DNA of 64,000 nt from Spirochaetia bacterium (GCA_965203055.1 OZ241863.1:3408019-3472018); one strand, 5' to 3'. Positions 35,644 to 48,185 are shown, counted from the stretch's first letter. Numbers and translations: made by a program. The notes: a model not told the origin generated them from the letters alone.

Positions 35644-37008
35644 TCAACCTCCGGCGGGCATCTCATCCATCGGATAGAACACCAGCCCGGAAACCGGCTT
35701 GGGATAGAAGTAGGTGGACTTGCGCGGCATGCGCTCGCCGCCCCGGGCAATTTCCAGCACGTCCTCCAACCGCGTCGGATTCATCAGCAGCGCCGCGTCC
35801 GCGGTGCGGCGGTCGACGGCCGCCAGCGCCTCGTCGATGCTCTTGGTGTAGCTCACCTTGGAACCGCCGTCGAGCTCGGCCTCGGTGATCCCGAGGATCT
35901 GCTCCAGCACCAGTACGTTGAGGATGTTCACGTCCAACCGCTTCCAGCGCGACGAGTAGTCCAGATCGACGAGCTGCTCGTAGGCCTCGGCATCCTTCAG
36001 CGTCGCCAGGTAGTAGCAGCCGCTGTTGCGGAGGTACGCTCCGATCTTGTGTTCCCCCGGCTCCGCGTCCGCCAGATCGCGCAGCCAGCGGCGCGTCGCC
36101 GCGGCGCGGCCCGCTTCGGCGTGGGTGTACTTGCGGACCCGAAAGTGCTCCATGATCGGCCCTTCCAGCGGGCGCCGGGCGGCGATGCGCAGATCGTGCA
36201 GGACGCGGTGGGTAGGCAGAATGGTCAGGCCCTGATGCTCGCTGTTGACCAGAAACATGAGGATGAACTCCCACGGCGCGTCGCGCCCCGCGCCGGGATG
36301 CCGGCGGCGCATTTCGTCGCGGAAGCTGAGCATGGTCTGGTAGCGGTGATGCCCGTCGGCGATGAAGATGGTGTGCTCGCGCATCAGGCGCGAAATGGCG
36401 GCGCAGCGCCGCTCGTCGGTCAGCCGCCACAGGCGATGGCGCACCCCCTGCGGCTCCTCGCGGTGATCGATCGCCAACTCCCCCTGCTCCGCCCCCTCCA
36501 GGAGGTCGTCGATGGCGTAGGCCCGATCCTGGTAGATCGACCAGATATACTCCATCTGCACGTTGCTCGCGCGCATCAGTTGCAGGCGGTCTTCGACCAC
36601 GCCGCGCATCACCTGCTCGTGCGGGAGGATGGCGCCGGCGGCGTAGTCCTGCAGCCGCACCAGGCCGATGAAGCCGGTCACGCGGCGCGCGCCGGTCTGC
36701 GGCAGGCTGAACTGCTGTTCGTAGACCCAGAACGCGGGCCGCCTGGTGCGCCGCAGGACCCCGCGGCGCACCCAGTCGTCGAGGCTGGCGGCGGCGCGGG
36801 TGTAGCGGTTGTCGCGCGCGCCGTCGGTGGGATACTGGCGGCCGAGGATGAGACGTACCACGTTGTATGAATGTTGCCGGTAGTAGCCCGCCTGCATCTC
36901 CGGCGAGATCACGTCGTAGGGTTGCGCCAGGCAGAGCCCGAGGTCGTCGATGCGCCGCGCATCGTAGTGCAGCGCGCGGAAGGGAAGGACGTCGTTGGTG
37001 GTGGTCAT
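35644..37008 (-). CDS. DUF1015 family protein
   Basis: PFRALHY; PYDVIS; ILPHE; IADGHHRY; ILPTHR; RMPRKSTYFYPK..SGL. Confidence 0.9.
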   Translation of the reverse strand: MTTTNDVLPFRALHYDARRIDDLGLCLAQPYDVISPEMQAGYYRQHSYNVVRLILGRQYPTDGARDNRYTRAAASLDDWVRRGVLRRTRRPAFWVYEQQFSLPQTGARRVTGFIGLVRLQDYAAGAILPHEQVMRGVVEDRLQLMRASNVQMEYIWSIYQDRAYAIDDLLEGAEQGELAIDHREEPQGVRHRLWRLTDERRCAAISRLMREHTIFIADGHHRYQTMLSFRDEMRRRHPGAGRDAPWEFILMFLVNSEHQGLTILPTHRVLHDLRIAARRPLEGPIMEHFRVRKYTHAEAGRAAATRRWLRDLADAEPGEHKIGAYLRNSGCYYLATLKDAEAYEQLVDLDYSSRWKRLDVNILNVLVLEQILGITEAELDGGSKVSYTKSIDEALAAVDRRTADAALLMNPTRLEDVLEIARGGERMPRKSTYFYPKPVSGLVFYPMDEMPAGG

Positions 37009-37081
37009 GGTCCGGGTGCCGGTCGCCGCGCAGTGTTACCGAGGATGGCCGGCGCCGGCAAGCCGCCGCGGAGCGCCGCCG

Positions 37082-37855
37082 GTGAGCGGCAATGCGGTTG
37101 CCGCGGCGCTGCTGCGGGCGGCGCGGGACCTGAACGCCGCCCTGGCGGACCTGCGCTTCGCCGCTCCGGTGCGCACCGTGTACGCGCCGCTGGAGTACGC
37201 TTGGTGCGGATTCCGCGCCTACGTCGAAGGGTACGCGCCAAGCCGCGCCCGGGCGCTGTTTCTGGGGATGAATCCGGGGCCGTTCGGGATGGCGCAGAGC
37301 GGGGTGCCGTTCGGCGACGTGGGCCTGGTGCGCGACTGGCTGGGGATCGACTGTCAGGTTCGGATCCCGGCCAACGTCCATCCGCGGCGCCCGGTGGAGG
37401 GCTTTCAGTGCCGGCGGCGGGAGGTGAGCGGCAGCCGCCTGTGGGGACTGTTTCGCGCCCGCTTCGAGCAGCCCGAGCGCTTCTTCCGGCACCACTTCGT
37501 GGTCAACTACTGCCCGCTGCTGTTTCTCGAAGCGTCGGGGCGCAACCGCACGCCGGACAAGCTGCCGGCGGCCGAGCGCGCGCCGCTGCTCGCCCGGTGC
37601 GACCACCATCTGCAGCGCGTGATCGGCCTGCTGCGCCCGCGCTGGCTGATCGGGGTGGGCGCCTTCGCCGATCAGGCGGCGCGGCGGGCGGCGGCGGCGC
37701 CCGGCCCCGCGCCGCCGCCGCGCTGCGTCCGGCTCCTCCACCCCAGCCCGGCCAGCCCGGCCGCCAACCGCGGCTGGGCGGAGCGGGCCGGCAACGACCT
37801 GGCCGCGGCCGGCGTCTGGAGCCGCGCCGGGGGCGCCGGCGGCCCCGGCGCCTGA
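37082..37855 (+). CDS. SMUG1-like (family 3) uracil-DNA glycosylase
   Basis: LGMNPGPFGMAQSGVPFG; HPRRPVEG; EVSGSRLWG; NYCPL; LLHPSPASP. Start chosen at GTG 37082 (uncertain). Confidence 0.88.
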   Translation: MSGNAVAAALLRAARDLNAALADLRFAAPVRTVYAPLEYAWCGFRAYVEGYAPSRARALFLGMNPGPFGMAQSGVPFGDVGLVRDWLGIDCQVRIPANVHPRRPVEGFQCRRREVSGSRLWGLFRARFEQPERFFRHHFVVNYCPLLFLEASGRNRTPDKLPAAERAPLLARCDHHLQRVIGLLRPRWLIGVGAFADQAARRAAAAPGPAPPPRCVRLLHPSPASPAANRGWAERAGNDLAAAGVWSRAGGAGGPGA

Positions 37856-37894
37856 CCGCGGGCGCCGGCGCCGCCAGTTCTTCGCGCGAGTCGA

Positions 37895-37924
37895 TTGACG
37901 AGCTTCCGGCAATTCACGTATGGT
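37895..37924 (+). promoter_or_regulatory. Sigma70-like promoter of gltBD
   Basis: TTGACG (37895-37900), an 18-nt spacer, then TATGGT (37919-37924). Confidence 0.55.
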
Positions 37925-38034
37925 AGGTACTCTGGTAGCGCAGCCGACCCTGAGGTCGCGCGTGTGCCGGGAGGCGCGCGCAGCGCGAGTGAACGCGGCG
38001 CATAGTGGCCGCGGCATCTGCAGAACATTACTTT

Positions 38035-41000
38035 ATGAGCTTCTCCACCGTTCCCCCGCAGCAGGGATTGTACCATCCCGCCTATGAGCATGAGTCCTGC
38101 GGCATCGGGTTCGTGGTCGACATGTACGGCCGCAAGTCCCGCAAGCTGATCGACGATGCCCTCGACGTGCTCGCCCACCTCAACCATCGCGGCGCCCGCG
38201 GCGCCGAACCGGATACCGGAGACGGCGCCGGCGCGCTGCTGCAGATTCCCCACGCCGCGCTGCGCCTCCTGGCGCGGGAGAGCGGCGTCGAGCTGCCGGA
38301 GGCCGGCGCCTACGGCGTGGGCATGTGCTTCCTGCCGGCCGACGCGGCGCAGCGCCGCTTGGTGACGAGCCTCGCCGCCGAGGTCATCGCGGAGTATGGC
38401 CAGGCGCTGCTCGGCTGGCGCGACGTGCCGACCGAGCCGGCCTCCCTGGGTCCCGCGGCGCGCGCCGTGCGGCCGCACGTCAGCCAGCTCTACGTCGGGC
38501 GCGGGCGCGGCATGGACGACGATCAGACCTTCGAGCGGCGCCTCTACGTGATCCGCAAGGTGCTGGAGAACCGGGTCAGGGAGACCCTGCCGGCGGACGC
38601 GCAGTGCTACGTCGCCAGCATGTCGCACCGCACCGTGGTCTACAAAGGCATGCTGACCACCCACCAGCTGCGCCGCTTCTATCCCGAGCTGAACCATCCG
38701 GCGATGGAGTCGGCCATTGCCCTGGTGCACTCCCGCTTCTCGACCAACACGTTCCCGAGTTGGGACCGCGCCCACCCCTACCGCTACCTGATGCACAATG
38801 GCGAAATCAACACGTTGCGAGGCAATGAGAACTGGATGCGCGCCCGGCAGCCGAGCCTCCGTTCCGAGCTGTTCGGAGATGATCTGGCCGCCACGCTGCC
38901 GGTGATCGACCCCTCCGGCAGTGATTCCGCCAAGCTCGACAACACCCTGGAGTTGATGGTGCTCGGCGGGCGCTCGCTGGCGCACGCGTTCATGCTGCTG
39001 ATCCCCGAGCCGTGGACCAACCACGAGAGCATGAGCGCGGAAAAGAAGGCGTTCTACGAGTACCACTCGTCGCTGATGGAGCCGTGGGACGGCCCCGCGT
39101 CGGTGGCCTTCACCGACGGCATTCAGGTGGGAGCGGTGCTGGACCGCAACGGACTGCGGCCTTCCCGCTACTGCGTAACCCGAAGCGGGCTGGTGGTGTT
39201 GGCCTCCGAGGTGGGGGTGCTCGACCTGCCGCCCGAGGAGATCGTGCGCAAGGACCGCTTGCGGCCCGGCCGCATGCTGCTGGTGGACACCGGCCAGGGC
39301 CGCATCATCGACGACGCGGAGCTGAAGAGCGCCATCGCGGGAGAGCATGACTACGCGCTGTGGCTGCGCGACAATCAGGTAGACCTGGAGCAACTTCCCG
39401 CCGGCGCGGCGCCGCCGCGGCTGGACGCCGGCGCGCGCGAGCGGCAACAGCGCGCCTTCGGCTACACCTTCGAAGACCTGCGCATGATTCTGGAGCCGAT
39501 GACCCGCAACGCCATCGAGCCGGTCGGCTCCATGGGCAACGACGCGCCGCCGGCAGCCCTCTCCGACGCTCCCAAGCTCCTCTACCACTACTTCCGGCAG
39601 CTCTTCGCGCAGGTCACCAATCCGCCAATCGACGCCATCCGCGAGGAACTGGTTACCTCCGCGGTGATCACCCTCGGCGCGGAGGGCAATCTGCTGCAGG
39701 CGCGGCCCGAGAGCTGCCGCCAGGTGCGGCTGCAGAGCCCGGTGCTGTCGGCCGAGGAGCTGGAGCGGCTGCGCGCCCTGGACGGGTATGCCGGCACCCA
39801 CCGCGCGGTGACCCTGGCCGCGCTGTTTGCGCCCGCCGGCCGCGGCCGGGCGCTGCGCGCGGCGCTGGATGACCTGTGCGCCCGGGCGGACGCCGCCATC
39901 GCCGCCGGCGCCACCATTCTGATCCTCTCCGATCGCGGGGTGGACGCCGAGCGGGCGCCGATTCCGGCGTTGCTCGCCACCGCCGCGGTGCACCATCATC
40001 TGATCCGCTCCGGGACCCGCAGCCGGGTCGGCCTGGTGGTGGAGTCCGGCGAACCGCGCGAGGTCCACCACCTGGCCACCCTGATCGGCTACGGCGCCGG
40101 CGCGGTCTGCCCCTACCTGGCCTACGAGGTGATCGACGCCGCCATCGCCGAAGGGCTGTTCGACGAGCCGGCGGACGCCGCCGCCGAGGGCGGCGCCCCC
40201 GCCCCCCTCGCGCCCGCCGGCAGCAACGGCATGAACGACCATGGGGCGGCGCGGGGCCGCGCCGCCGCGGCCCGCTACAACTACCGCAAGGCGCTGCTCA
40301 AGGGCATCGTCAAGGTGCTCTCCAAGATGGGCATATCCACCATCCAGGCCTACCGCGGCGCCCAGATCTTCGAGTCGATGGGCCTCAGCCGGGAGGTGGT
40401 CGAGCGCCACTTCACCGGTACCGCGGCGCGCCTCTCCGGGATCGGTCTGGAGGAGATCGCCGGCGAGGCGGCGGCCCGCCACCTGCGCGGCTACGCGCCG
40501 CGCGCCGCGGTGAACGGCGCGCTGGACGCCGGCGGCGAGTACCAGTGGCGCGGCGACGGCGAGTATCACCTCAACAATCCGCAGACGATCCACAAACTGC
40601 AGCAGGCGTGCCGCGCCGGCGACTACCGCACGTTCAAGGAGTACAGCGCGCTGGTCGACTCCCAGCAGGAGAAGCTGGCGACCCTGCGCGGACTGCTGGA
40701 GCTGACGCCGGCCGCCGAACCGGTGCCGCTGGAGGAAGTGGAGCCGGCCGACACCATCGTCAAGCGCTTCAAGACCGGCGCCATGTCCTACGGCTCCATC
40801 AGCAAGGAGGCGCACGAGACCCTGGCGATTGCGATGAACCGCATCGGCGGCAAGAGCAATACCGGCGAGGGCGGCGAGGACCCGGCGCGCTACGTCCGGG
40901 ACGCCAACGGCGATTCCCGCAACAGCGCCATCAAGCAGGTTGCCTCCGCCCGCTTCGGGGTAACCAGCCAGTACCTGGTCAACGCGCAGGAGCTGCAGAT

Positions 41001-42720
41001 CAAGATGGCGCAGGGCGCCAAGCCGGGCGAAGGCGGCCAGCTCCCCGGCCAGAAGGTGTATCCCTGGATCGCCGAAGTGCGCCACTCCACCCCCGGCGTG
41101 GGCCTGATCTCGCCGCCCCCGCACCACGACATCTACTCCATCGAGGACCTCGCCGAACTGATCCACGACCTGAAGAACGCCAACCGCGGCGCCCGCATCA
41201 ACGTCAAGCTGGTGTCCGAGGTGGGCGTCGGCACCGTGGCCGCGGGCGTCGCCAAGGCGCACGCCGACGTGGTGCTGGTCAGCGGCAGCGAAGGCGGCAC
41301 CGGGGCGTCGCCGGTGTCGAGCATCAAGCACGCCGGTCTGCCCTGCGAGCTGGGCATCGCCGAGACCCACCAGACCTTGCTGCTGAACGACCTGCGCAGC
41401 CGCATCGTGGTCGAGGCGGACGGGCAGTTGAAGACCGGCCGCGACGTGGTGATCGCCGCGCTGCTCGGCGCCGAAGAGTTCGGGTTCGCCACCGCGCCGA
41501 TCATCGTCATGGGCTGCATCATGATGCGCGTGTGCCACCTCAACACCTGTCCGGTGGGGGTCGCCACGCAGGACCCGGAGCTGCGCGAGAAGTTCACCGG
41601 CGATCCCGCCCACGTGGTGAACTTCATGCGCTTCGTGGCCGAGGAAGTGCGCGAGTTGATGGCGGCGCTCGGCTTCCGCACCTTCAACGAGATGGTCGGG
41701 CGCACCGACCGCCTGCAGCCGCGCCGCGCCATCGACCATTGGAAGGCGCGCGGCATCGACCTGAGCCCGCTGCTGCACCGCCCGCCGGTGGCCGCCGGCG
41801 TCGGCACCTACTGTCAGGTGGCGCAGGACCACGGCCTGGATCGAGCGCTGGACAACAGCCTGCTCGACCTGGCGCTGCCGCAACTGGAGCGCGGCCTGAA
41901 CGTCCGGGAGACCTTGCGCATCAAGAACTCCAATCGGGTGGTGGGTACCATGCTCGGCAGCGAGATCACGCGCCGCTACGGCGCGGAGGGTCTGGCGGAA
42001 GATCGGGTGCAGCTCACCTTTGCCGGCTCCGCCGGGCAGAGCTTCGGCGCGTTCATCCCCGCCGGGCTGACGCTGGTGCTGATTGGCGACTCCAACGACT
42101 ACATCGGCAAGGGACTGTCAGGCGGCAAGATCATCGTCAAGCCGCCGGCCGGCAGCACGTTCGCGCCCGAAGACAACGTCATCATCGGCAACGTCGCCTT
42201 CTACGGCGCAACCGGCGGTTCCGCCTACGTCAACGGCGCCGCCGGTGAGCGGTTCTGCGTGCGCAACAGCGGCGCCAGCGCGGTGGTGGAGGGCGTCGGC
42301 GATCATGGCTGCGAGTACATGACCGGCGGGCGCGTGGTGGTGCTCGGCCGCACCGGGCGCAACTTCGCCGCCGGCATGAGCGGCGGCCTGGCCTACGTAT
42401 TCGATCAGGAGGGCGACTTCCGCAGCCACTGCAACACCGACATGGCGGACCTGGCCGCGCTTGAGGACGAAGCCGAGATCGCCGAGGTGCGGCAGATGAT
42501 CGAACGCCACCTGGTGTACACCGGCAGTCCGCGCGCCAACCAAGTGCTCGGCCACTGGGAGGAGATGGTGCCCCGCTTCGTCAAGGTCTACCCGCGCGAC
42601 TACCGGCGCATGCAGGAAGCGCTGGCGCGGGCGCGCAGCGAAGGGCTCTCCGGCGACGATGCGGTGATGGCGGCGTTCGAAGAGAACGCGCACGACCTGG
42701 CGCGGGTCTCCGGCAACTAA
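38035..42720 (+). CDS. gltB: Glutamate synthase large subunit
   Basis: EHESCGIGF; HRGA; HSRFSTNT; HNGEIN; EPWDGP; [14 protein letters not shown]; [18 protein letters not shown] at 38035. Confidence 0.97.
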   Translation: MSFSTVPPQQGLYHPAYEHESCGIGFVVDMYGRKSRKLIDDALDVLAHLNHRGARGAEPDTGDGAGALLQIPHAALRLLARESGVELPEAGAYGVGMCFLPADAAQRRLVTSLAAEVIAEYGQALLGWRDVPTEPASLGPAARAVRPHVSQLYVGRGRGMDDDQTFERRLYVIRKVLENRVRETLPADAQCYVASMSHRTVVYKGMLTTHQLRRFYPELNHPAMESAIALVHSRFSTNTFPSWDRAHPYRYLMHNGEINTLRGNENWMRARQPSLRSELFGDDLAATLPVIDPSGSDSAKLDNTLELMVLGGRSLAHAFMLLIPEPWTNHESMSAEKKAFYEYHSSLMEPWDGPASVAFTDGIQVGAVLDRNGLRPSRYCVTRSGLVVLASEVGVLDLPPEEIVRKDRLRPGRMLLVDTGQGRIIDDAELKSAIAGEHDYALWLRDNQVDLEQLPAGAAPPRLDAGARERQQRAFGYTFEDLRMILEPMTRNAIEPVGSMGNDAPPAALSDAPKLLYHYFRQLFAQVTNPPIDAIREELVTSAVITLGAEGNLLQARPESCRQVRLQSPVLSAEELERLRALDGYAGTHRAVTLAALFAPAGRGRALRAALDDLCARADAAIAAGATILILSDRGVDAERAPIPALLATAAVHHHLIRSGTRSRVGLVVESGEPREVHHLATLIGYGAGAVCPYLAYEVIDAAIAEGLFDEPADAAAEGGAPAPLAPAGSNGMNDHGAARGRAAAARYNYRKALLKGIVKVLSKMGISTIQAYRGAQIFESMGLSREVVERHFTGTAARLSGIGLEEIAGEAAARHLRGYAPRAAVNGALDAGGEYQWRGDGEYHLNNPQTIHKLQQACRAGDYRTFKEYSALVDSQQEKLATLRGLLELTPAAEPVPLEEVEPADTIVKRFKTGAMSYGSISKEAHETLAIAMNRIGGKSNTGEGGEDPARYVRDANGDSRNSAIKQVASARFGVTSQYLVNAQELQIKMAQGAKPGEGGQLPGQKVYPWIAEVRHSTPGVGLISPPPHHDIYSIEDLAELIHDLKNANRGARINVKLVSEVGVGTVAAGVAKAHADVVLVSGSEGGTGASPVSSIKHAGLPCELGIAETHQTLLLNDLRSRIVVEADGQLKTGRDVVIAALLGAEEFGFATAPIIVMGCIMMRVCHLNTCPVGVATQDPELREKFTGDPAHVVNFMRFVAEEVRELMAALGFRTFNEMVGRTDRLQPRRAIDHWKARGIDLSPLLHRPPVAAGVGTYCQVAQDHGLDRALDNSLLDLALPQLERGLNVRETLRIKNSNRVVGTMLGSEITRRYGAEGLAEDRVQLTFAGSAGQSFGAFIPAGLTLVLIGDSNDYIGKGLSGGKIIVKPPAGSTFAPEDNVIIGNVAFYGATGGSAYVNGAAGERFCVRNSGASAVVEGVGDHGCEYMTGGRVVVLGRTGRNFAAGMSGGLAYVFDQEGDFRSHCNTDMADLAALEDEAEIAEVRQMIERHLVYTGSPRANQVLGHWEEMVPRFVKVYPRDYRRMQEALARARSEGLSGDDAVMAAFEENAHDLARVSGN

Positions 42721-42739
42721 AGCAACCACACGAACAGAC

Positions 42740-44200
42740 ATGGGCAAACCGACCGGATTCAAGGAAATAGCACGCCGTTTGCCGGCCGACCGGGCGCCGG
42801 AGCAGCGCATCGGCGACTGGCAGGACTTTCACGGCCATGCCCCCGAAGAACAGCTCCGGGCGCAGGCGTCGCGCTGCATGGACTGTGGCACGCCGTTCTG
42901 CCATACCGGCGGCGGGCGCTCCGACACCCGCCAGACCGTGGGCTGCCCGCTCAACAACCTGATTCCCGAGTGGAACGACCTGGTCTACCGCGGCCGCTGG
43001 CAGGACGCGCTGGACCGGCTGCACAAGACCAACAACTTTCCCGAGTTCACCGGCAAGGTGTGTCCGGCGCCGTGCGAATCGGCGTGCGTGCTGGCGATCA
43101 TCGAGCCGGCGGTCACCATCAAGAACACCGAGTGGGCGATCATCGAGCGCGGCTTCGAGGAGGGCTGGGTGCGGGCCGCGCCGCCCGCGGCGCGCACCGG
43201 CAAGCGGGTGGCGGTGGTCGGTTCCGGGCCCGCCGGCCTGGCGTGCGCGGAACAGCTCAACGCGGCCGGGCACCTGGTGACGGTGTACGAACGCGCCGAC
43301 CGCATCGGCGGCCTGCTGATGTACGGCATCCCCAACATGAAGCTGGAAAAGCAGTTGGTCGACCGGCGCGTGCGCCTGCTGCGCGGCGCCGGCGTGGAGT
43401 TCCGCACCGGGGTCGAGGTCGGGCGCGATCTGCCGGGCCCGGAGCTGCGCGCCCGGCACGACGCGGTGGTGCTGTGCTGCGGCGCCACCAAGCCGCGCGA
43501 GCTGCCGATCCCGGGCCGGGAGCTGAACGGCATCCACCAGGCGATGGAGTACCTCACCGCAAATACCCGCTGGCTGCTGGACGCGGCCGGCGGCCGCCCC
43601 GCAATCGACGCCGCCGGCAAGGACGTGTTGGTGATCGGCGGCGGCGACACCGGTACCGACTGCGTCGGCACCGCCATGCGGCAGGGGTGCCGCTCGCTGA
43701 CCCAGATCGAAATCGTGCCGCAGTTCCCGGAAGCGCTGCCGTGGCCGCAGTTCGGCCGCACCTCGCTGCCCGACTACGGCCAGGAAGAGGCGGCGGCCGC
43801 GTTCGGGCGGGATCCGCGCCTCTACGGCGTCACCGCCCGCCACTTCACGGGCGGCCGCGGCGGCGCGGTGAACGAAGCGCACCTGGTGGACGTGGAGTGG
43901 AACAGCGGCGGTCCCAAACCGGTGGCCGGCAGCGAGCGCGCCGTGCCGGCCGGGCTGGTGCTGCTGTCGATGGGGTTCCTCGGCCCCGAGGACCGGGTGC
44001 TCGACCAGCTCCGCCTGGAGCGCGACGCGCGCTCCAACGCGGCCGCGGTCTACGGCAAGTTCACCACCAACGTGGAGGGGGTGTTCGCCGCCGGCGACGT
44101 GCGCCGCGGCGCCAGCCTGGTGGTATGGGCGATCATGGAGGGCCGCGGCGCCGCCCGCGAGTGCGACCGCTACCTGATGGGCTCAACCCTGCTTCCCTGA
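42740..44200 (+). CDS. gltD: Glutamate synthase small subunit
   Basis: MGKPTGF; [10 protein letters not shown]; [16 protein letters not shown]; GSGPAGL; GGGDTGTDC; [14 protein letters not shown]. Confidence 0.96.
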   Translation: MGKPTGFKEIARRLPADRAPEQRIGDWQDFHGHAPEEQLRAQASRCMDCGTPFCHTGGGRSDTRQTVGCPLNNLIPEWNDLVYRGRWQDALDRLHKTNNFPEFTGKVCPAPCESACVLAIIEPAVTIKNTEWAIIERGFEEGWVRAAPPAARTGKRVAVVGSGPAGLACAEQLNAAGHLVTVYERADRIGGLLMYGIPNMKLEKQLVDRRVRLLRGAGVEFRTGVEVGRDLPGPELRARHDAVVLCCGATKPRELPIPGRELNGIHQAMEYLTANTRWLLDAAGGRPAIDAAGKDVLVIGGGDTGTDCVGTAMRQGCRSLTQIEIVPQFPEALPWPQFGRTSLPDYGQEEAAAAFGRDPRLYGVTARHFTGGRGGAVNEAHLVDVEWNSGGPKPVAGSERAVPAGLVLLSMGFLGPEDRVLDQLRLERDARSNAAAVYGKFTTNVEGVFAAGDVRRGASLVVWAIMEGRGAARECDRYLMGSTLLP

Positions 44201-46069
44201 TTCGGCAACCCCGCCGCGGCGCGCGGCGGGCGGGCGCAACTCCCGGCCGTCTCGAGCCGGCTCCCGCAACGGCAGGTGCAGCGTAATGGCCGCGCCGGGG
44301 CCGTCGAGGTTGTTGGCGGCGGTAATGTCGCCGCCGTTGGCCAGCACCACCGCGCGCGCAATGGCCAGCCCCAACCCGCTGCCGCGCGCGGCTCCCGCCT
44401 GCTTGCCGCGATAGAAGCGGTTGAAGACGTGCGGCAGATCGTCCGCGGCGATGCCCGGCCCCCGGTCGCGCACCCGGATCGTGGCCCGGCCCCGCTCCTC
44501 GGCGGCGCTGATCCGCACCTCGCCGCCGGCGCCGCCGTAGCGAACCGCGTTCTGCAGCACGTTGTCCAAGGCGATTTCGAGATCGGCCGATTCGAGCTCG
44601 CGCTCGCCGGCGGGCGCGGTCACCTCGACCGCCACGCGTACCCCGGCCGCGGCGGCGGCGCGCGCCGCCCGCCGCTCCGCGCCCCGCACCAGGTCGCCAA
44701 GCGTCACCCGCAGCGACTGCCTGGAGGTAGCGCCCGACTCCAGCCGCGACAGGTTGAGCAGGTTCTCCACGATCCACTCCATGCGCTGGATCTGACGGTG
44801 GCATTCGCCCAGGAACTCGATGCGCTTCTGCGCGTCGATGCCGCGGCGGCCGCCGGTCCGGAACCCCGCAGCCAGGGCGGCCGCGGCCGCCACCGGCCGG
44901 CGCCACGGCGGGACCTTGACCGCCACGCCGCCCGCGGGCGGCGGTTCCGGCGCGGCGCCGTTTGCCGGCGGCGCCGCGCCGCCCGCGGCCGCGGCCTCGA
45001 GCTCGGCGCCGGCGAGCAACAGCTCGTTGAACGTCTTGAGGGCGGTGACCGGGGTGCGCAACTCGTGCGATGCATCCGCCACGAAGCGCCGCAGCACGTC
45101 GCGCTCCTGCCGCAGGTCGCGCACCGTCAGCTCCAGCTTGCCCGCCATGGCGTTGAACTGCCGGCCCAATTCCCCGATCTCGCCGCTGCCGATGAAGGGC
45201 GCGCGCGCGGCCAGGTCACCCGACCCCATGCGCACCGCGGAGGAGGTGAGGCCGGCGATGGGAGCGGTCAGCCGGCGCCCGAACACCAACCCCAGGAGCG
45301 CCGCCAGAACGGTAGCCGCAAGCGCCGCGATGATGAACGGTCCGATGACGGTATCGAGGGCCTCGCCGGTCAGATCGGGACTGCGCGCGATTTCCACGTA
45401 GCCCACGGGATTGGCGGGATCGCCGATCGGTTCGGTATGAGTGTCGCGCATGGGGTCGTCGGCCGCCGCCGCGGCGTCCGGCGCGGCCGCGGTCAACAAC
45501 GGCCCCTCGTAGTCCTGAAACTCGATGAAGCTGCCCCACAGCCCGCTGCGGCGGCGCACCACCATTGCCTGGGTATCCCCGCCGATGCGCTGCAGCGCCG
45601 GCAACGAACGGCGCAGCGCGGCGTTCTGGGTCGGGTCGGAAGAGACCGGGATCCACACCCGGTGCCGCACCACGGTGTCGCCTGCGCTGATGGTCGCCAC
45701 CATCCGCAGCCATACGTGATCGGAGTCGTCCTGCGGCCCGGAGTCCACCAGCACCCGCCGCTCCCGGTCCAGAATCCGGATCCGGGAATCAGTGATGAAC
45801 GCCGCGGTCCGCACCAGATCGCCGAGCGAGAGCGGGCGCGCCACCGGAACCATCAGCGACCGCGCCCGCAGGGCAACGGTGGCAGCGTTGGACTGCAGGT
45901 AGGCGCGTTCGCGCCGCTCCACGAAGTGCTTGAGCAGGGCCCCCGAAAATCCGCCGACGATGCCGATCGCGACCAGGGCGATCAGGATGAAGCTCAACAC
46001 CAGACGCCCGCGGATCGACGACCACGACCGGGCCCATACTCTGGCCAGCGTTTCACTCCCCATGGTCAC
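44183..46069 (-). CDS. HAMP-domain sensor histidine kinase
   Basis: Two TM segments; [16 protein letters not shown]; H-box [10 protein letters not shown]; NVLQNAVRY; DRGPGI; FNRFYR; GSGLGL. Confidence 0.9.
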   Translation of the reverse strand: MTMGSETLARVWARSWSSIRGRLVLSFILIALVAIGIVGGFSGALLKHFVERRERAYLQSNAATVALRARSLMVPVARPLSLGDLVRTAAFITDSRIRILDRERRVLVDSGPQDDSDHVWLRMVATISAGDTVVRHRVWIPVSSDPTQNAALRRSLPALQRIGGDTQAMVVRRRSGLWGSFIEFQDYEGPLLTAAAPDAAAAADDPMRDTHTEPIGDPANPVGYVEIARSPDLTGEALDTVIGPFIIAALAATVLAALLGLVFGRRLTAPIAGLTSSAVRMGSGDLAARAPFIGSGEIGELGRQFNAMAGKLELTVRDLRQERDVLRRFVADASHELRTPVTALKTFNELLLAGAELEAAAAGGAAPPANGAAPEPPPAGGVAVKVPPWRRPVAAAAALAAGFRTGGRRGIDAQKRIEFLGECHRQIQRMEWIVENLLNLSRLESGATSRQSLRVTLGDLVRGAERRAARAAAAAGVRVAVEVTAPAGERELESADLEIALDNVLQNAVRYGGAGGEVRISAAEERGRATIRVRDRGPGIAADDLPHVFNRFYRGKQAGAARGSGLGLAIARAVVLANGGDITAANNLDGPGAAITLHLPLREPARDGRELRPPAARRGGVAESGKQG

Positions 46070-46119
46070 TCACAAGATACCGGCGCGCCGTCCGGGCGGC
46101 CAGATACCCCGGCGCCCCT

Positions 46120-46827
46120 TCAGGTCATCGGGGTTTGGGCGAACTTGTAGCCGTGGCCGCGCACCGTCACGAGCCGCCGCGGATGGGTAGGATCATGTTC
46201 CAGCTTCTCCCGCAGGTGGCGCATGTGGACGTCCACCGTGCGGTCGTAGCCCACCTCGGCGTGGTAGCCCCACACCGCTTCGAGAATCTGATCGCGGGTT
46301 ACCGGCCGGTCGGGATTGGAGGTCAGATAGCGCAGCAGGCGAAACTCGGTGGGGGTGAGATACACCATCCGGTCGGCGCGGTACACCTGCAGCAGCTCCA
46401 GATCGATGGTCACGTCGTCGAACGTGAACTTCTCGTCGCTGCTGCGGGACAGCTCACCATAGGCGCGGCGCAGCAGCGCGCGGACGCGCGACAGCAACTC
46501 CGGCAACCCATACGGCTTGACTACGTAGTCGTCGGCCCCAACCTCGAAGCCGAGCACCTTGTCCACCTGGTCGTCGCGCGCCGTGAGCATCAGGATCGGT
46601 TGCCGAAACCCCTCCCGGCGCAGCTTCCGGCACACGGCGAAGCCGCTGGTGTCGGGCAGGCGGATATCGAGGACGATCAGGTGCGGCGACTCGCCCGCCA
46701 CCAGCCGGTGGCCCGCCGCCCCGTCCTCCGCCCACTTGACGGCGTATCCCTCCTGCTCCAGCGCGAAGCCCAACCCCTTCGCCACCGCCGGGTCGTCCTC
46801 GATCAGGACGATCGTTTCTTCACTCAT
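46120..46827 (-). CDS. OmpR/PhoB-family response regulator
   Basis: LIEDD; LDIRLP; MLTA; GADDYVVKP; LTPTEFRLL; RTVDVHMRHLREKLE; TVRGHGY. Confidence 0.95.
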   Translation of the reverse strand: MSEETIVLIEDDPAVAKGLGFALEQEGYAVKWAEDGAAGHRLVAGESPHLIVLDIRLPDTSGFAVCRKLRREGFRQPILMLTARDDQVDKVLGFEVGADDYVVKPYGLPELLSRVRALLRRAYGELSRSSDEKFTFDDVTIDLELLQVYRADRMVYLTPTEFRLLRYLTSNPDRPVTRDQILEAVWGYHAEVGYDRTVDVHMRHLREKLEHDPTHPRRLVTVRGHGYKFAQTPMT

Positions 46828-48185
46828 CGCCCGGCCAGCGCGTCGCGCACGGTAGCGGCGAGCTGCGGCGGCACCACGGCGCTCACGCGGAAGCCATCGG
46901 CCGCGGCTACCTGGCGCTCGATGCGGCCGGCGGCGCGCAACAACCCGATCAGTCGCGACTCGGCGTAAGGCACCTCGAACTCGACGCGCACGTGCCCCGC
47001 CGAAAGGCGCTGCCGCAGCGCGCGCCGCAAGTCGTCGACGCCTTCTCCGGTCGCCGCGCTGACCGGGACGGCGTCGTCCAGCCCCAACCGCAGCGGCGAG
47101 TCGCGCGCTACCAGGTCGACCTTGTTGAGCACGGTGAGCCGGGGAACCTCCGCGGCGCCGATCTCCTGCAGCGTCTCCGCCACCGCCTGCTGCTGGAGCC
47201 GCTGCGCGGGGTCGCCGGCGTCAACCACCACCAGCAACAGATCCGCCCCGGCGACCTCCTCCAACGTGGCCCGGAACGCGGCCACGAGCTGATGCGGCAA
47301 CTTGTGGATGAAGCCGACGGTATCGGTGAGCAGGGCGCGGCGGCCGGCGCGCAGGTCCACCTGGCGGGTGGTGGGATCGAGCGTGGCGAAGAGTCGATCC
47401 GCGGCATACACGCCGGCGCCGGTAAGCCGATTCATCAGCGTGCTCTTGCCGGCGTTGGTATAGCCGACCAGCGCGAGCACCGGGCTGCCGGACCGACTCC
47501 GGCGCAGGCGCCCGCGGCGGCGCTGCTGAGACAGGCCTCGCAGGCGCGTGCGCAGCACCCCCAGCCGCTGGCGGATGCGGCGCCGATCGACCTCGATCTG
47601 GGTCTCGCCGGGGCCGCGCAGCCCGACCCCCAGGCCGGCGCGGCCCCCGGCCTGCCGCGCCAGGTGGGTCCACAACCGGGTGAGCCGCGGCAGGCGGTAC
47701 TCCAGTTGCGCCAGCTCCACCTGGAGCTGGCCCTCGCGGCTGCGCGCGTGGCGGGCGAAGAGGTCGAGGATCAACGCCGTGCGGTCGATCGCCAGCAGCT
47801 CGTCGCCGAGGGTGCGTTCCACGTTGCGCAGTTGCGCCGGGGTCAATTCGTCGTCGAACAGCACCACGCCGGCCCCGGCGGCGCGCGCGGCGACCGCCGC
47901 CTCGGCCAGCTTGCCGGCGCCCAGATAGGTTTGCGGATCGGGCTGCCGCCGCCGCTGCCAGGTGCGGCCCGCCACCCGCAGTCCGGCGCTGTCGGCCAGC
48001 CGCGCCAACTCGTCCAGGCACTGCTCGACGCCCCACGCCTCCGGCTCCGCCGCCGGGCCGGCAAGCGCGCCGCGGGCGTCGGGCGGCGCCGCGCCGCGCG
48101 CGGCCGGCGCGGTTTGCAGGCCGACCAGAAAGGCGCGCCGGGGCTGCGCCCGCGGCGGGTTCTTCACGCTGCCGAGGTCTGCCAT
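46824..48185 (-). CDS. hflX: GTPase HflX
   Basis: DELTPAQ.RN; DRT.LILD.F; GPGETQIEVDRR; VGYTNAGKS; LFATLDPT; DTVGFI; NKVD. ATG at 48185. Confidence 0.95.
   Translation of the reverse strand: MADLGSVKNPPRAQPRRAFLVGLQTAPAARGAAPPDARGALAGPAAEPEAWGVEQCLDELARLADSAGLRVAGRTWQRRRQPDPQTYLGAGKLAEAAVAARAAGAGVVLFDDELTPAQLRNVERTLGDELLAIDRTALILDLFARHARSREGQLQVELAQLEYRLPRLTRLWTHLARQAGGRAGLGVGLRGPGETQIEVDRRRIRQRLGVLRTRLRGLSQQRRRGRLRRSRSGSPVLALVGYTNAGKSTLMNRLTGAGVYAADRLFATLDPTTRQVDLRAGRRALLTDTVGFIHKLPHQLVAAFRATLEEVAGADLLLVVVDAGDPAQRLQQQAVAETLQEIGAAEVPRLTVLNKVDLVARDSPLRLGLDDAVPVSAATGEGVDDLRRALRQRLSAGHVRVEFEVPYAESRLIGLLRAAGRIERQVAAADGFRVSAVVPPQLAATVRDALAGR

Noticed and set aside
34198-36870. 890-aa plus-strand ORF
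   Set aside because: Antisense to the COG3014-like and DUF1015 genes, which carry the real motifs.
37672-41883. 1403-aa minus-strand ORF
   Set aside because: Antisense shadow of gltB, a common artefact of high-GC codon bias.
46075-46118. Short direct repeat agatacc(cc)ggcgc between the regulator and kinase genes
   Set aside because: Only two short imperfect copies in GC-rich DNA; not enough to call a binding site.
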